Virus genome (UHGV): UHGV-1368191
Length of the DNA: 64,000 nt
From: a virus
Strand: one strand, 5' to 3'
In this document: piece after piece, positions 45,101-54,100 of the stretch
Numbering within the stretch: position 1 is the stretch's first letter
Layout: every line of letters starts with the position of its first letter
Program-made: the position numbers and the translations under genes
The notes under the pieces: model-generated
What the model saw: only the letters and a program-made list of their open reading frames with translations
Told to the model about the DNA's origin: nothing
The model's database searches: none

Positions 45101-46581
45101 TTATCTTGGTTAAATGCCTTAGTGGGCATAGGCATTCCTATAGCCCCTGTAAGACCTCCTACAAAAAATTGTTCCCATTGATCATAGTCTCCCCAAGAAT
45201 CAAGAAATCCTTTTCCAATAGCTGTCAATGCAGACATAGTTTCCTGCTGAGAACCTGGATTCATTCTAGCTCTCCAGTAGTCATTGGGGTCTTCTCTATC
45301 ATAAGCATATCCTGATAAAGAAGATGCCCATTGCTGGTTCATCTCTTCAGAACCCTCAGATAGTATAGGTTTAAAGAATGCTTTGGTTTTTTGCCATTTT
45401 GCATTCTTCAAGGTGTGTTCCAACTGAGTTTTCAATTCACCAGTTCTGGCCTCTTGGAACATCTTCCTGGCTTTATTTTTTATATCACTTATACCATTAA
45501 GGAGGTCAGCTCCACCTGACTTAGCAGAAGCTTCAGCCATTTTTCTGGCATTACTGAAAGATTTAGAGAAACCTTTACCAAGAGTAAAGAAGTTACCAAG
45601 TGTAAGAATGGGCATATTAAGTGCCATGTCTATATTACCAGCACTTCTGGCATCTTGAAGAATCTGTTGTTTACCTGCTATTCTTTTGGCTTCTATATCA
45701 TTGAGAGTGCTTTGGTATGTCATAATATCACCAGTCTCTCTATATCTAGCATAAGCTTCTTCTCTCTGCCTATCAAGTGTATCATCAAGCCTTTGATTAT
45801 TAAGGTCAACTAGAGATTCCATAGTTTGCTTAGCTTCTATAGCTCCTTCTCCAGCAGCACTAAACATGGAACCAAGTATAGCTGTACCTATTTTGGAGGT
45901 TTTAGTGGCATTAGAAACAAGGTTTAATGCCTTTGCAGCCAGTCCCAATCCACCAGTGAAAATACTACCACTGGCAGCAGCTCCAAGCATAAATCCTACA
46001 TTCTTGATAACATCATCTCCCCAGAAGGAGGCAGAAGTTAAATTAGTCAAACTAAGCCACGGGGCATTCTGTTGTTCTTTACTTTGGTAAATCTTAAAGT
46101 TGTCCTCCATGAAATCCTCTACCTCACTGAGTCCTCTTGTCAGCTCATTATCCCATAGTCCTGACCATCTGCCTTCATCAATAGCTGTATAGATACCTAC
46201 AGGAATATTAGCTATTCCACTGACTATAGTGGTAGCAGCTGTACCAAGCATTTTTGCTAGGGCATTACCCAATGCGTCTAAAGTGGACTGATTTTGGTAT
46301 CTGCCCTCATTCATGGCATCATAATCATCCAGTCCAGTATTTAAGGTATCATATTTTGAAGTTCCCCAACTGGCTAATGGGTCATCTAATTCTCTATGTT
46401 GTGGGGAAAATAATGCAGCATCTGTGGCATTTTCCCAACCAACATTTCCAGTAGCCTCTGAAGCTCTTACTGCCCTACTATATTGTAGTGCCCTTTGTAT
46501 ATCTTGTTCTTCTTTAGCTGATATTCCCTTTAATCCTTTAAGGCCTACAGGACCTGTTTTAGTTATATCTTGTTCTGCCAT
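39127..46581 (-). CDS. giant multi-domain virion/ejection protein (2484 aa) with zincin HExxH, GNAT-like and PD-(D/E)xK-like motifs
   Basis: Last gene of the minus-strand structural operon. Gly/Ala-rich hydrophobic segment GAAASGSIFTGGLGLAAKAL. Long acidic coiled-coil middle region. GEVDLLFIDNKGNYYIYDVKTS (PD-(D/E)xK-like). EEEYRGKGYGKKAHLALANIAK (GNAT motif-A-like). TAYHEAFHFVF (HExxH) near the C-terminus. Confidence 0.45.
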   Translation of the reverse strand: MAEQDITKTGPVGLKGLKGISAKEEQDIQRALQYSRAVRASEATGNVGWENATDAALFSPQHRELDDPLASWGTSKYDTLNTGLDDYDAMNEGRYQNQSTLDALGNALAKMLGTAATTIVSGIANIPVGIYTAIDEGRWSGLWDNELTRGLSEVEDFMEDNFKIYQSKEQQNAPWLSLTNLTSASFWGDDVIKNVGFMLGAAASGSIFTGGLGLAAKALNLVSNATKTSKIGTAILGSMFSAAGEGAIEAKQTMESLVDLNNQRLDDTLDRQREEAYARYRETGDIMTYQSTLNDIEAKRIAGKQQILQDARSAGNIDMALNMPILTLGNFFTLGKGFSKSFSNARKMAEASAKSGGADLLNGISDIKNKARKMFQEARTGELKTQLEHTLKNAKWQKTKAFFKPILSEGSEEMNQQWASSLSGYAYDREDPNDYWRARMNPGSQQETMSALTAIGKGFLDSWGDYDQWEQFFVGGLTGAIGMPMPTKAFNQDKTKRKYDPRRYFSWEGGSFQNLREMKEKIDAATKLNEALNTRYKDPKFWNRFDSAVAHSYFQTDMDEGVANDDIKQYKDAEEKQFVQDLDLAVRSGTVDDFLTFIDASTQNLTDEDIDNIVSRNTVTITKEQDTENQKNTLKRRVASLQQIAEKAIEEGKEAEATEALNQIGEIMGEFNNVVGEEKKIGLFVDSHGNRVKSNDEIRKELESNGKKLKDRVNEYLKSVQYVNSVSGGKLTSDQEGNLAYLHYLGKAARKRANNIMDKAILPLSFTITLDKGETVESLQKTLGNGVSITPNGDNTVTIETSNTNEHWRDVILDIALGHDKESTKKNVDELINRNLGFENDILDAISLLNDSREFGITFAKYMKEPGRVDEARKKAEQESQQEVENSNVDNKSVQELVEDSDNGKVDLDASEFDFTSEDLTDAEQENLDPERKKEIDRKQKVNTARDIKKTRDTAKEKAKERVIDDDILSSIDAMLDRATSSAEVASDIIDLDTEAFNDPDSLLPTVDEQQLLSVMNDPNSTPEDIEKAKKAYNESRQQRLDEIKNVLSEITKEVVEDLERLKNLPEKGNGAPEVVRTLDSTKSKDPVEAPPTVNKEGNTKEEKDTGEEVETPTPNTTNIDLVAASQNTQISDTQMQDKSYWKSGTTEYPIHRNTENNDPYYEQVKDKKKQAILKTIYDFLRTSGVFTRIRNNEIKVGQKVRFAISKSLSDKIYANSKERVPVLLVVNEDGNILFDLPNPSDTATFGSYTGLAEFYNEVITYYNENREKVDGDLVIYPNAESTISRPYIGRPLYSAKNERSTLNEIAHGVPFKLGIALTSSPDAKMIMTPGRRRSQGRTEDDQSIVSPESALAGQPYLLIETSDPRRRWVPVPFTMPTFSSDVASSSLYKIIVAHLQKLNDPKSLLTEEAQKEWKRGLKDLLAVSDIFLDVKEVGNNYQVNFRVKVSSTDTAWSTIYRGTVIQNEDISTDIVKALGGLNIPFQISRKYINTQFNGQDYNSLIGELATTNLEKWTLHTVNDFYTIDPIIKGKKEGAKSIQDAPKEAEDEVKASRERNFVRSTIIPDQSNIDRNRTDSNYYYIKESDGKYHKYQRVHNVLPSNSNNTGTANSQRALRTGSAVDTIVRDFFNTGKTTKPDFMSDKAYNSIIEYLKSLDKWLNDHKWSVFANNIVLYQKYLDGRRIAGEVDLLFIDNKGNYYIYDVKTSVGPFAGFRYEGVNSAWGQTMSTKEYHTYQVSSYAKLLYDRFGKKTEGVAIVPFTIVYGNDDTVIGVNKVPNIALPIIDVDNYFKKATPQPSEQSTQAEENKPDTSEPRQDVASIRETLKKKAVFKPKKWQARIDRLNDDNIQGLSKLKTPILKTLAQYLDAKIIPNMSDEELNNLVAEQLRPKNREVSTSNLTKEEQSILDKAPRDFQGRLLAPNSRPSNLTPKQYAQVRTKAFKKWFGNWERVARSSRFRESQDIPNSITSATYQGVTVSEALFDADMAPDGGKRVIFLGDKYIGEIPVIETKDKIRMGGSIGAATEIEEEYRGKGYGKKAHLALANIAKSEGKILYSDRSNSDAEDALWKSLVKDGIAEVVSEKPKVGHWNHTTYRILNDKLPQADDINSGDRNVSKVVDENGEPLVVYHSTRADFSTFDLNKSKRGEGLWFKPWRDNSTIVGKIVEKLSQSHDIPVYLNIKNPVIVDKPSGYKSGDIYTRKGIDKHSTSNNDGAIGFSNMNVFRSAFNMNDIRGKNGVELVVFNPNQIKSATDNIGTFSRTDNDIRYRKYIGESESLIGRELEVIGELLPQLSEEDRIRIVGTLIKIPGGKAWGQFKDGAITLYKNAARGTAYHEAFHFVFNTLMTDQELENAFKSAKRQWGNLSPIELEERMAEDFRRYMQNEETFVGRLKNLWSRLKALLNHFNSNWFYLDRVYTDILKGKYIDRDVNTEAIDTIEIKQYHEIKLSYNKLSKEQKDYLSERKISPKEYSNMTILEKEILFHCMY

Positions 46582-46583
46582 GA

Positions 46584-48362
46584 TTATTGTTTTGAAGTTT
46601 TAAATGTAGGGATACCATATTTACTTCCCCTTTGAATATTCAACTCATTAATTAGTATAGCCCCTAGATTTTCAGATGCTTCTTTGGCTTCTGCACTACC
46701 TCTTCTGGCATATTCAGATAGTTGATTCCAAAGGATTGCATGTTCTCTGATTTTATCATCCAAACTGTTTATATTTCCAGTTGGCATAAAGTACAATGTT
46801 TCACCATTATTGAATGTATATCCCATCTGGTTACCTTGAGTTGAGAAGTATCCGTTTACCGCTAAATTTCTAGCTTTTGCATCTTGTAGAACAGAGTTAA
46901 GAGTTCCAGCTTCCTTAACTAGTTTCCAACTTCCTCCAGTTTCATCCGCTTCTCCTATTTCCCAAACTTTTTGATTTGCTATATTAGAGAAAGCGTCAAT
47001 AGTTGAATTTATATCACCTGAGGGTAAAAGTATGCCATTTACATAAGTTGAAGTTCCCGATTTAGCTACGAAGTTCTTCTCATTACTATATAATTGTCCT
47101 AAGTTGAAAAGATCGGCTCCCTTAGTTGTTCCATTATAATATTCCTTAAGTACAGGAGTTACATTGGCATCATAGAATTGTCCCAGGATAGCTTTCTCCT
47201 CTTTAGTCCTTCCCTGTTTCATGAATTCACTCTTAGTCTTCAACCTGTTATTTTGGGAAGCAACAAATAGATTAGCGTGAACAATAGGTGTTTTACTATA
47301 TTGTACACCTCCAGCAGAAGGAGTACCTACTACCTTTGGCATTCCAGCTATCTGTAGGTTCTTACCAACATATTTACCTCCCTTTATAGTCATAAATCTA
47401 CTCAATTTACTCAGCAATGGAGAAGTAGCATTCTTTTTTCCCGCTCCTACTGGTAACGATTTAGTCATAAATGGAAACTTCGGTGTATCAGGGTTTTCTT
47501 GGCTAGCAGCGGCTCTAGCTACTCTTTTCTGTGAGGCTTCTTGTGCAGCTAACCTAGCTCCAAAATCAGCATATTGGTTAAACTTATCTTGTCCAACAGC
47601 ACTCCATAATCCCATTCCTATATAACTATCTACATCACTAGCATATTGATTTCTTATAGATTCAGGAACAGTACTATATACATTATCATATATAGCCCTT
47701 AATACTCTATTAGCTTTAGGGTCTCTAGGATTAGCATTAAAGGCGGCTATTTCAGAAGGAGACAATCCATAATGTTCCACGAAGCTATTGGTATATGCAT
47801 CCAGTTTACCTCTACTTATTCCTCCTAGTCTCTTGGCTATTGCACTAGCTTGCGCAGCAGCTTGCTGTGTTATCAAAGCTCCTGAAGCTGTATCACCATA
47901 ACCATAGTTAGAGTCCTCTAGGAACCTATCCAAGCTAGTCTCTCTACTCCTTGTATTAAAATCTCTTTGATACATAAGAGTGGGATTGGCTAATTTAGCC
48001 TTTCTCTGTTCTTCAGCAAGCTGATTTCTTCTTTCAATAGCATTCTTTATTGGTACTATCTCTGAAGCATATCTACTTCTCATATCCAGCATACCTTGCC
48101 TAGAACCAGGAGTAAGGCCATTATTATATAAGTCATCAGCTTGCTTCCTTAAGCTCTCCTCATATCTTTTATACTGAGCATATGTTTCAGGGTCATCAAC
48201 CTCATCAGCCATAGAAGCAATAGCATTGGCCTGTATATTCATTTGATTATAGGCATCCTCAACATTGTGATATGCCTCACCATATATTTGATATGGCTGT
48301 AAATATCTCTCAAAAGAGAATGGTTGGAATGTGCTATTTACAACTAGACTATAATTAGGCAT
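46584..48362 (-). CDS. virion structural protein, hypothetical
   Basis: 592-aa ORF. Its ATG overlaps the upstream gene stop by 8 nt, and its stop is 2 nt from the giant gene start. Confidence 0.35.
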   Translation of the reverse strand: MPNYSLVVNSTFQPFSFERYLQPYQIYGEAYHNVEDAYNQMNIQANAIASMADEVDDPETYAQYKRYEESLRKQADDLYNNGLTPGSRQGMLDMRSRYASEIVPIKNAIERRNQLAEEQRKAKLANPTLMYQRDFNTRSRETSLDRFLEDSNYGYGDTASGALITQQAAAQASAIAKRLGGISRGKLDAYTNSFVEHYGLSPSEIAAFNANPRDPKANRVLRAIYDNVYSTVPESIRNQYASDVDSYIGMGLWSAVGQDKFNQYADFGARLAAQEASQKRVARAAASQENPDTPKFPFMTKSLPVGAGKKNATSPLLSKLSRFMTIKGGKYVGKNLQIAGMPKVVGTPSAGGVQYSKTPIVHANLFVASQNNRLKTKSEFMKQGRTKEEKAILGQFYDANVTPVLKEYYNGTTKGADLFNLGQLYSNEKNFVAKSGTSTYVNGILLPSGDINSTIDAFSNIANQKVWEIGEADETGGSWKLVKEAGTLNSVLQDAKARNLAVNGYFSTQGNQMGYTFNNGETLYFMPTGNINSLDDKIREHAILWNQLSEYARRGSAEAKEASENLGAILINELNIQRGSKYGIPTFKTSKQ

Positions 48363-51048
48363 GGTTACCTCCCTTCCTCTTAATAGTTAAATATCCTCCT
48401 CTTGATTTCTTAGATTTCTTGGAGCTTTCCTCAGCTCTCTTTCTTGCAGTTCTTATGTCACTTAGATACTCACTCCAAGTATCATCATCCCATTCTTCAG
48501 GTCTCATTGTACTACTTAAAGTACCAAAGGCACCTGATTGAAGAAGTCTATCTCTGTCAGCTCTATTATACTCATCAATTCCTATATTACCAAGACTAGT
48601 AAATAGATTACTAAAGTTAGCTGATATGGAGTTATTCCTAGCTGCGTCTATAGCATTTCTCATAGCCATAGCTTGTGCTACTCCACTTAATCTAGCTGAG
48701 GCTGCTCTTGAGTAAGCTTCCTGATTAGCCATAGCTGCCTTAAGTCCTTGTTCAGCGTTAAACATATTAGTGCCTCTATTGAAGTTCTCAACAGCTTGTC
48801 TATTCGCGAAATTATACTCAGCAGCTTGTCTAGCAAGTTCTCCCAGCTTTGTTTGGGAATTATAGTCAGCAGCTAATAAACCTGCTATAGCAGAACCTCT
48901 ATTACCAGCTGATTGGCCTGTTATAGCTCTTCTTGTAGCAGCTGTATTGGCATTAAGCTTATTTATATAATAGTCTCTGTCAAGTGGATTATAAGTCAAG
49001 TAATTACCTATAGGAGTAGCTTCTACTGGCATATATTTTCCAGCATTTTTAGAAGCCTCAAGTACAGCGTCAGCACTACTGTAATCAGGTTTGCTTAACA
49101 GACCATGTGTAAGTCCTATAGCACTTCCCAATACAGGAGCATATCTTAACCAAGTAGCATAATTCTGTTCTTTGTCACTGCCTTCATTACCTTTCTTATC
49201 ATGCATCTCACTTAGTGTAGGAAGTCCCTTTATAGATAAATCAGCATTATTCAGAGAATCCTGAAGTGTAGGTATAACAGAGTCATCAAGACCTATTGAA
49301 ATAGGTGCTCTGTAATCACTTAATGCCCGCACTCCAAACCTATGCATATCACTAAGCTTTTGGTCATACATACCAGCTAACATCTGGTCAACCGTAGGAT
49401 TCTCAGTATTCTTTGAAAAGTATGTTGGAGCGAAATCTTTATTCCAGTATTTATTGAGTAACGTATCATAATTATCTCTTACCCATTGTTTAAATCTATT
49501 ATCATTATATATATCAGCGTATCTCTTTTTCTTGGTATCAAAAAGCTTTGTACCATTATAAGAGAAATCATCCCAGTCGTTGTATACCTGTGAACCCTTA
49601 CTTACACCAGTATTTCCGACATAACCATAAGGATTTTCTTGGTCTAGCAATACATTAGGATCTGGACCTGGACCAGCAAACAGCCTTCCTAATTTACCTC
49701 CTTTAGCATATTTACGCATCTTTCTTTCATTATCTTTTTGCCTAAGTGATTCCTGCTCCATGGCTAACTTAGCCATAATGTCCTGTAATCCTCTTTGGCT
49801 TATTGGATCATTGGGTCTCTCTTCACTTTCTTTTTGGGCATTCTTAGCCAAATCAGCAAAGGTAGTACCACTTAGTTTATACTTCCTTTTCACTTCTTTA
49901 GGAGCCTTAATCCTATTACTATAAACATAGTCATTGAAGATTACTTCTCCCTCTTCAACTAAATTTGGAACACCCTGGTTATCAACTCCAAACTGTATTC
50001 CCTCATAGGGGTTCTGCTCATGTGTGCCCCCTTCATTTATTTCAGTTACTCCATTGGAGAATACCCCACCATGAGTGAATAAGAGTCCTCCATCAGCATG
50101 CCACTTACTTGCATTTCTGGCAAAGTTAGCTTTCTTAACCATAGCTGGACTATAGTTTTCTTTATTAGCTAATACCTGTGAAGCAAATGCCTGTACTGAT
50201 TTACCATGCTTCTTTGCGGCAGCAGTAAATGTACCTCTTTTGCTTGGTTTAATATGTATTCCTCCTCCCCCTGCAAAAGTATTTCCAAAAGGAGACATTG
50301 GTCCTGTATATCTCATAGTTATTGGTCCTCCATAAGCTACCTCATTTATAAGAGTGCTCTGTACTTGATTACCTAATATATTATTACTTGAATTAGCTAC
50401 ATTAGCTGTCGCTGTTTGTAGTGCAAGTTGCTTAGCGGCTTGAAGCTCATTATATTTCTTATTCAGTTTACCCTTGGCAAATGTTCCAGCTTTACCTATA
50501 TCACCTTTATTAAAGATATTAGTCTTTACATTGGTATCATAGTCTTCCATAAGAGCATCAGTGCTATCACTGCTAAATGAAGCATTCTTAAGTGCATCAT
50601 TGGACTTATTAACCTCATTTATCCTCTCTTGGTTAAAACTTGTTCCAAATAATCTATTAACAGTTCCACCTACTACTCCAGAAGCCGCTGATACTATACC
50701 TCCCAATACAGGATTAACAGTACTAAGTGCACCTCCTACAGTAGAACCAATACTATTAATAGCACTACCAGCTCCTGAATTAAGTCCTCCACTGAGTGCT
50801 CCATATCCTATTTGCCCCACAGCACTGCCTATGGCACCTATGGGAGATCCTCCCCCAGCACCTAGAATACCTAGACCACCCTTAGCTCCAGAAGTTGCTC
50901 CTCCTGGACTAGGCAAATTTACTTCTCCTAATGAAGGGTTATAATCAGTCAGACTCTGTACTCCAATATTTTTGAGAAAATCTGTTGTAGAACCTCCATT
51001 GTCATATCTGTTATAAGGTCTTAACCATCTCTCTGTCTTTCTTTTCAT
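48355..51048 (-). CDS. glycine-zipper internal virion / ejection protein candidate
   Basis: N-terminal GGATSGAKGGLGILGAGGGSPIGAIGSAVGQIGYGALSGGLNSGAGS... glycine-zipper hydrophobic region, with long helical C-terminal regions. The ORF-track start at 51072 is a TTG. The first ATG is at 51048 (MKRKTERW). Confidence 0.35.
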   Translation of the reverse strand: MKRKTERWLRPYNRYDNGGSTTDFLKNIGVQSLTDYNPSLGEVNLPSPGGATSGAKGGLGILGAGGGSPIGAIGSAVGQIGYGALSGGLNSGAGSAINSIGSTVGGALSTVNPVLGGIVSAASGVVGGTVNRLFGTSFNQERINEVNKSNDALKNASFSSDSTDALMEDYDTNVKTNIFNKGDIGKAGTFAKGKLNKKYNELQAAKQLALQTATANVANSSNNILGNQVQSTLINEVAYGGPITMRYTGPMSPFGNTFAGGGGIHIKPSKRGTFTAAAKKHGKSVQAFASQVLANKENYSPAMVKKANFARNASKWHADGGLLFTHGGVFSNGVTEINEGGTHEQNPYEGIQFGVDNQGVPNLVEEGEVIFNDYVYSNRIKAPKEVKRKYKLSGTTFADLAKNAQKESEERPNDPISQRGLQDIMAKLAMEQESLRQKDNERKMRKYAKGGKLGRLFAGPGPDPNVLLDQENPYGYVGNTGVSKGSQVYNDWDDFSYNGTKLFDTKKKRYADIYNDNRFKQWVRDNYDTLLNKYWNKDFAPTYFSKNTENPTVDQMLAGMYDQKLSDMHRFGVRALSDYRAPISIGLDDSVIPTLQDSLNNADLSIKGLPTLSEMHDKKGNEGSDKEQNYATWLRYAPVLGSAIGLTHGLLSKPDYSSADAVLEASKNAGKYMPVEATPIGNYLTYNPLDRDYYINKLNANTAATRRAITGQSAGNRGSAIAGLLAADYNSQTKLGELARQAAEYNFANRQAVENFNRGTNMFNAEQGLKAAMANQEAYSRAASARLSGVAQAMAMRNAIDAARNNSISANFSNLFTSLGNIGIDEYNRADRDRLLQSGAFGTLSSTMRPEEWDDDTWSEYLSDIRTARKRAEESSKKSKKSRGGYLTIKRKGGNHA

Positions 51049-51069
51049 TGCATCAACATATTTTATTTG

Positions 51070-51077
51070 CAAAGATA
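51070..51077 (-). promoter_or_regulatory. Bacteroidetes -7 promoter element candidate (TATCTTTG on the minus strand)
   Basis: Minus-strand reading ...tttttaTCTTTGcaaataaaatatgttgatgcaATG. The motif lies 22 nt upstream of the ATG at 51048. Confidence 0.3.
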
Positions 51078-51104
51078 AAAATAATATTTAATCTACACAA
51101 CTAA

Positions 51105-51149
51105 CTTAATAAAAAATAATATAGGAGATAAACATGACATTTATCTCCT
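51105..51149 (-). terminator. intrinsic terminator after the 1620-aa gene (minus strand)
   Basis: Hairpin aggagataaa-catgac-atttatctcct. On the minus strand it is followed by a T-rich run (plus-strand aataaaaaataat). Confidence 0.5.
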
Positions 51150-51163
51150 ATACATTAATAATA

Positions 51164-54100
51164 TTAATCAGTAAAATAATGAAGTGCTATATTATGTATC
51201 CAGTTCTGTAGAGCTACATTATCTTCCTTTATTACAGGCCCTGTAAGTTTAATATAACACCAAGGATTTCTTATTCTATCTTTTATTCCTTTACCCTTGT
51301 TATCTCTTAAATTATTAACCCTCCAAGTCCTGAATTTTTTCTTTAGACTAGAAGGCCTACCATATAGTTGATTTAATGATATATCCCCACTATCTTGGTA
51401 CTCATTCCATATCCTTACCTTAGAGAAAGGACAATCATTATTAGCTTTCTTATATACACTCTCAGGATTATCAGGCATAGGTAATTCCATCTCATCACCC
51501 TTAAATTCAAGGACATCAAATATCTTGTCCAGCATAGGTTCTGGATTAGCTACTAAAGTAATGGAGTACTCATAAGGAGGAAGAGAATAGTCATAGTTTC
51601 CCAGATACCTACCATAAGATTTATCATCTCCTCCCTCAAGTTCACTGAATTTTATATTACCAGTGATATTATCTGTCCATATAGCTATATTCAAGTCATC
51701 AACTGTAGTTATATAAGGAGTATGCCTATAGTCTACAAAAGAAGTAAATTGCCCTAGTTGCTCTGAGTAAACAAGAGCTTCCGAATCCCTCATAAACAAT
51801 ACTTCTCCATTAGTTCTATCATAACCAGACAAGAATGAATTCCTGTTATTTGGACTCCATGTATTATCATCTATATTAAGATTAGACCATCCTATAAATC
51901 CAGTGTTTGATGATATACTGGATATTGAGTCACTCAACTTATAAATACCTTTAGTCGCACTGTCAATGAAATATAGGGTATTCATCCCGTTTACTATAGA
52001 CCATTTATTATTACAGCCTACTATATCAGAAATATATCTCTTGCCATTCACCAGTCCACTATTAGCTATTTCCACTGGAACTCCACTGGTAGTACTTATC
52101 TGAGTTTGCTCATTATATAATATTACTGAAATACCATGTTCCTGGAATACATATAGATTATTTCCCAACCTATTTATTGAGGTTACCCTTCCTTTATTAC
52201 CATCCAAATCCAATGAGGAAATAGTATTTATCTTCATCCAAGTATCTATAGGTTCCCCAATAGTTTTATTAAGTGACCAATAGATAGTAGTTGGAAAAAG
52301 GTTATTCTTTATTAAATCCTCCTCAAGGTACTGTTGTGCAATAAAATCCTGAGATTGATTATATACCTCATTATATAAATCAAAGTTAGTAGGCCTAGTG
52401 GTAGTATTATCCAATTTACCTCTATTTCTATCAGTTCTCGCTTGGATATTATTATAAGTTTCTAGCATAAAAGAACCTACCTCCACTACACTGTTTTTAT
52501 CTTCTTCAGTAAAGGGGTAAGTCTTAAGACAATCCCATCTTTGAAAATAAGTATCTCCAGAAAGGTATAAGGCAAATCTAGGGCATCCAGTATCACTTAT
52601 ATCTATTTGGGAGCTGGTACTGATTACATTCCATCTTAATGCACTTAATCCATGCTGGTCATAAGCTATTTCATCGGGATTTTCACCTTCTCCTTTTCTT
52701 TGTAACCCATATATATCAGCAGCTTGAAGGTCTTCAAAGACATCAATCACATATAGTAAAGGAAGATTCTTCATATTACTAGGAGCTATTAGACTCAGTT
52801 CCTTATTATCTATCTCAAAAGAATCTGGATTACTTGAGACATTTATGACTATAGAACCTTGACTAAATTCTCTGCTTCCTTCATAGAATTCTCCTACAAA
52901 GCATGTACCACCAATCAAAATAGGAACTGGAGATATTACCTTACCAGTTATAGTCAGTATCAGGTCACCTTCATTTGTGCTGATAACCTCTCCTGTTTCC
53001 AAGTCATCTAAATAAGTATAACTTGGGGAGGAATCTACTATTTCCACCTGTACATGCCATATATTATAAAGATTTGAAGATTGTCCACCACCAATTTCTA
53101 CCTTCTGCCAAATAAGATACTCTCCCTCAGTTTTGGGTAAATCATCTGACGTTACAATACCAACAGCTAACTCAAAACCCTTTCCCTTAGTATTATCTAA
53201 TGCCTTCTGGATATCATAGGCCATTGTAAGTCCAGTATTAGAGAGACTACGATTGAGCATTATTGTAGTAGGCTGATTATCCATATCATAAGTAGAATAA
53301 GTAAATGAGGGGAGAGTAGTATAAGTATCTACTCCAGGGGAAGTGTCTTTCTTTATAGGCAAACTAGTTACTATATGTGGAATACTTTTAGTCTTTATAG
53401 GCACAGGTTCCACTCCATATACATAGTCTCTTGCTATAGCTGTAGCTCCCTCAAAACCATACACTATTTGGGGACCATTTACATCTTGAAGTACTATAGG
53501 GTAACCACCATTTTCAACAAAAGCAGTAGACTCAGTATTTGCTGCATTCTCTTCATCTCTCTTAAAGAGATTATACACCATCACAGTATCTATATTACCC
53601 ATGTAAACCCTGGAATCTACACTTATGGCAGTAGCCTCATTACTATTGTATACTCTAAGGTCTAGAGGTTCTATCTTACTTCCATCATTATTCTCACTTA
53701 TATCAGATAGATTAAAATACTTTCCATTTTTAAAATAGGAAGTAAAGTAAGAATATTTTAGATTAGCGAATATCTTATGATCCAGTACAGCTGTTTGAGC
53801 TTTCTCAGTATTGTCTATATTCCTGTCATTATTGAGTGAGCCTTGTCTATGCCACATATATGTAATATACCCAGCTTGAAAGTCTCTGTAGGGAAGAAAA
53901 GGGAAATCCTGAAATTTAATACATCCTCCTTTTGTATCACCCCTTATACCATCCTTCCATAGAGGTCTAGACCTGAGCCAATCTTGGTCATAGTTTATAT
54001 TATCTCCACTTATAGGTATATTCAATACTCCTGGGGAATCTAGGTCTGCTTGAGCGGAGGAAGTCTGTACTATATAACTAGAATTATATGAGGTAAAAGG

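Noticed and set aside
50561-50944. 127-aa plus-strand ORF, Pro/Ala-rich
   Set aside because: It mirrors the Gly-rich (GGN-codon) N-terminus of the 905-aa minus-strand gene, so it is an antisense artefact.
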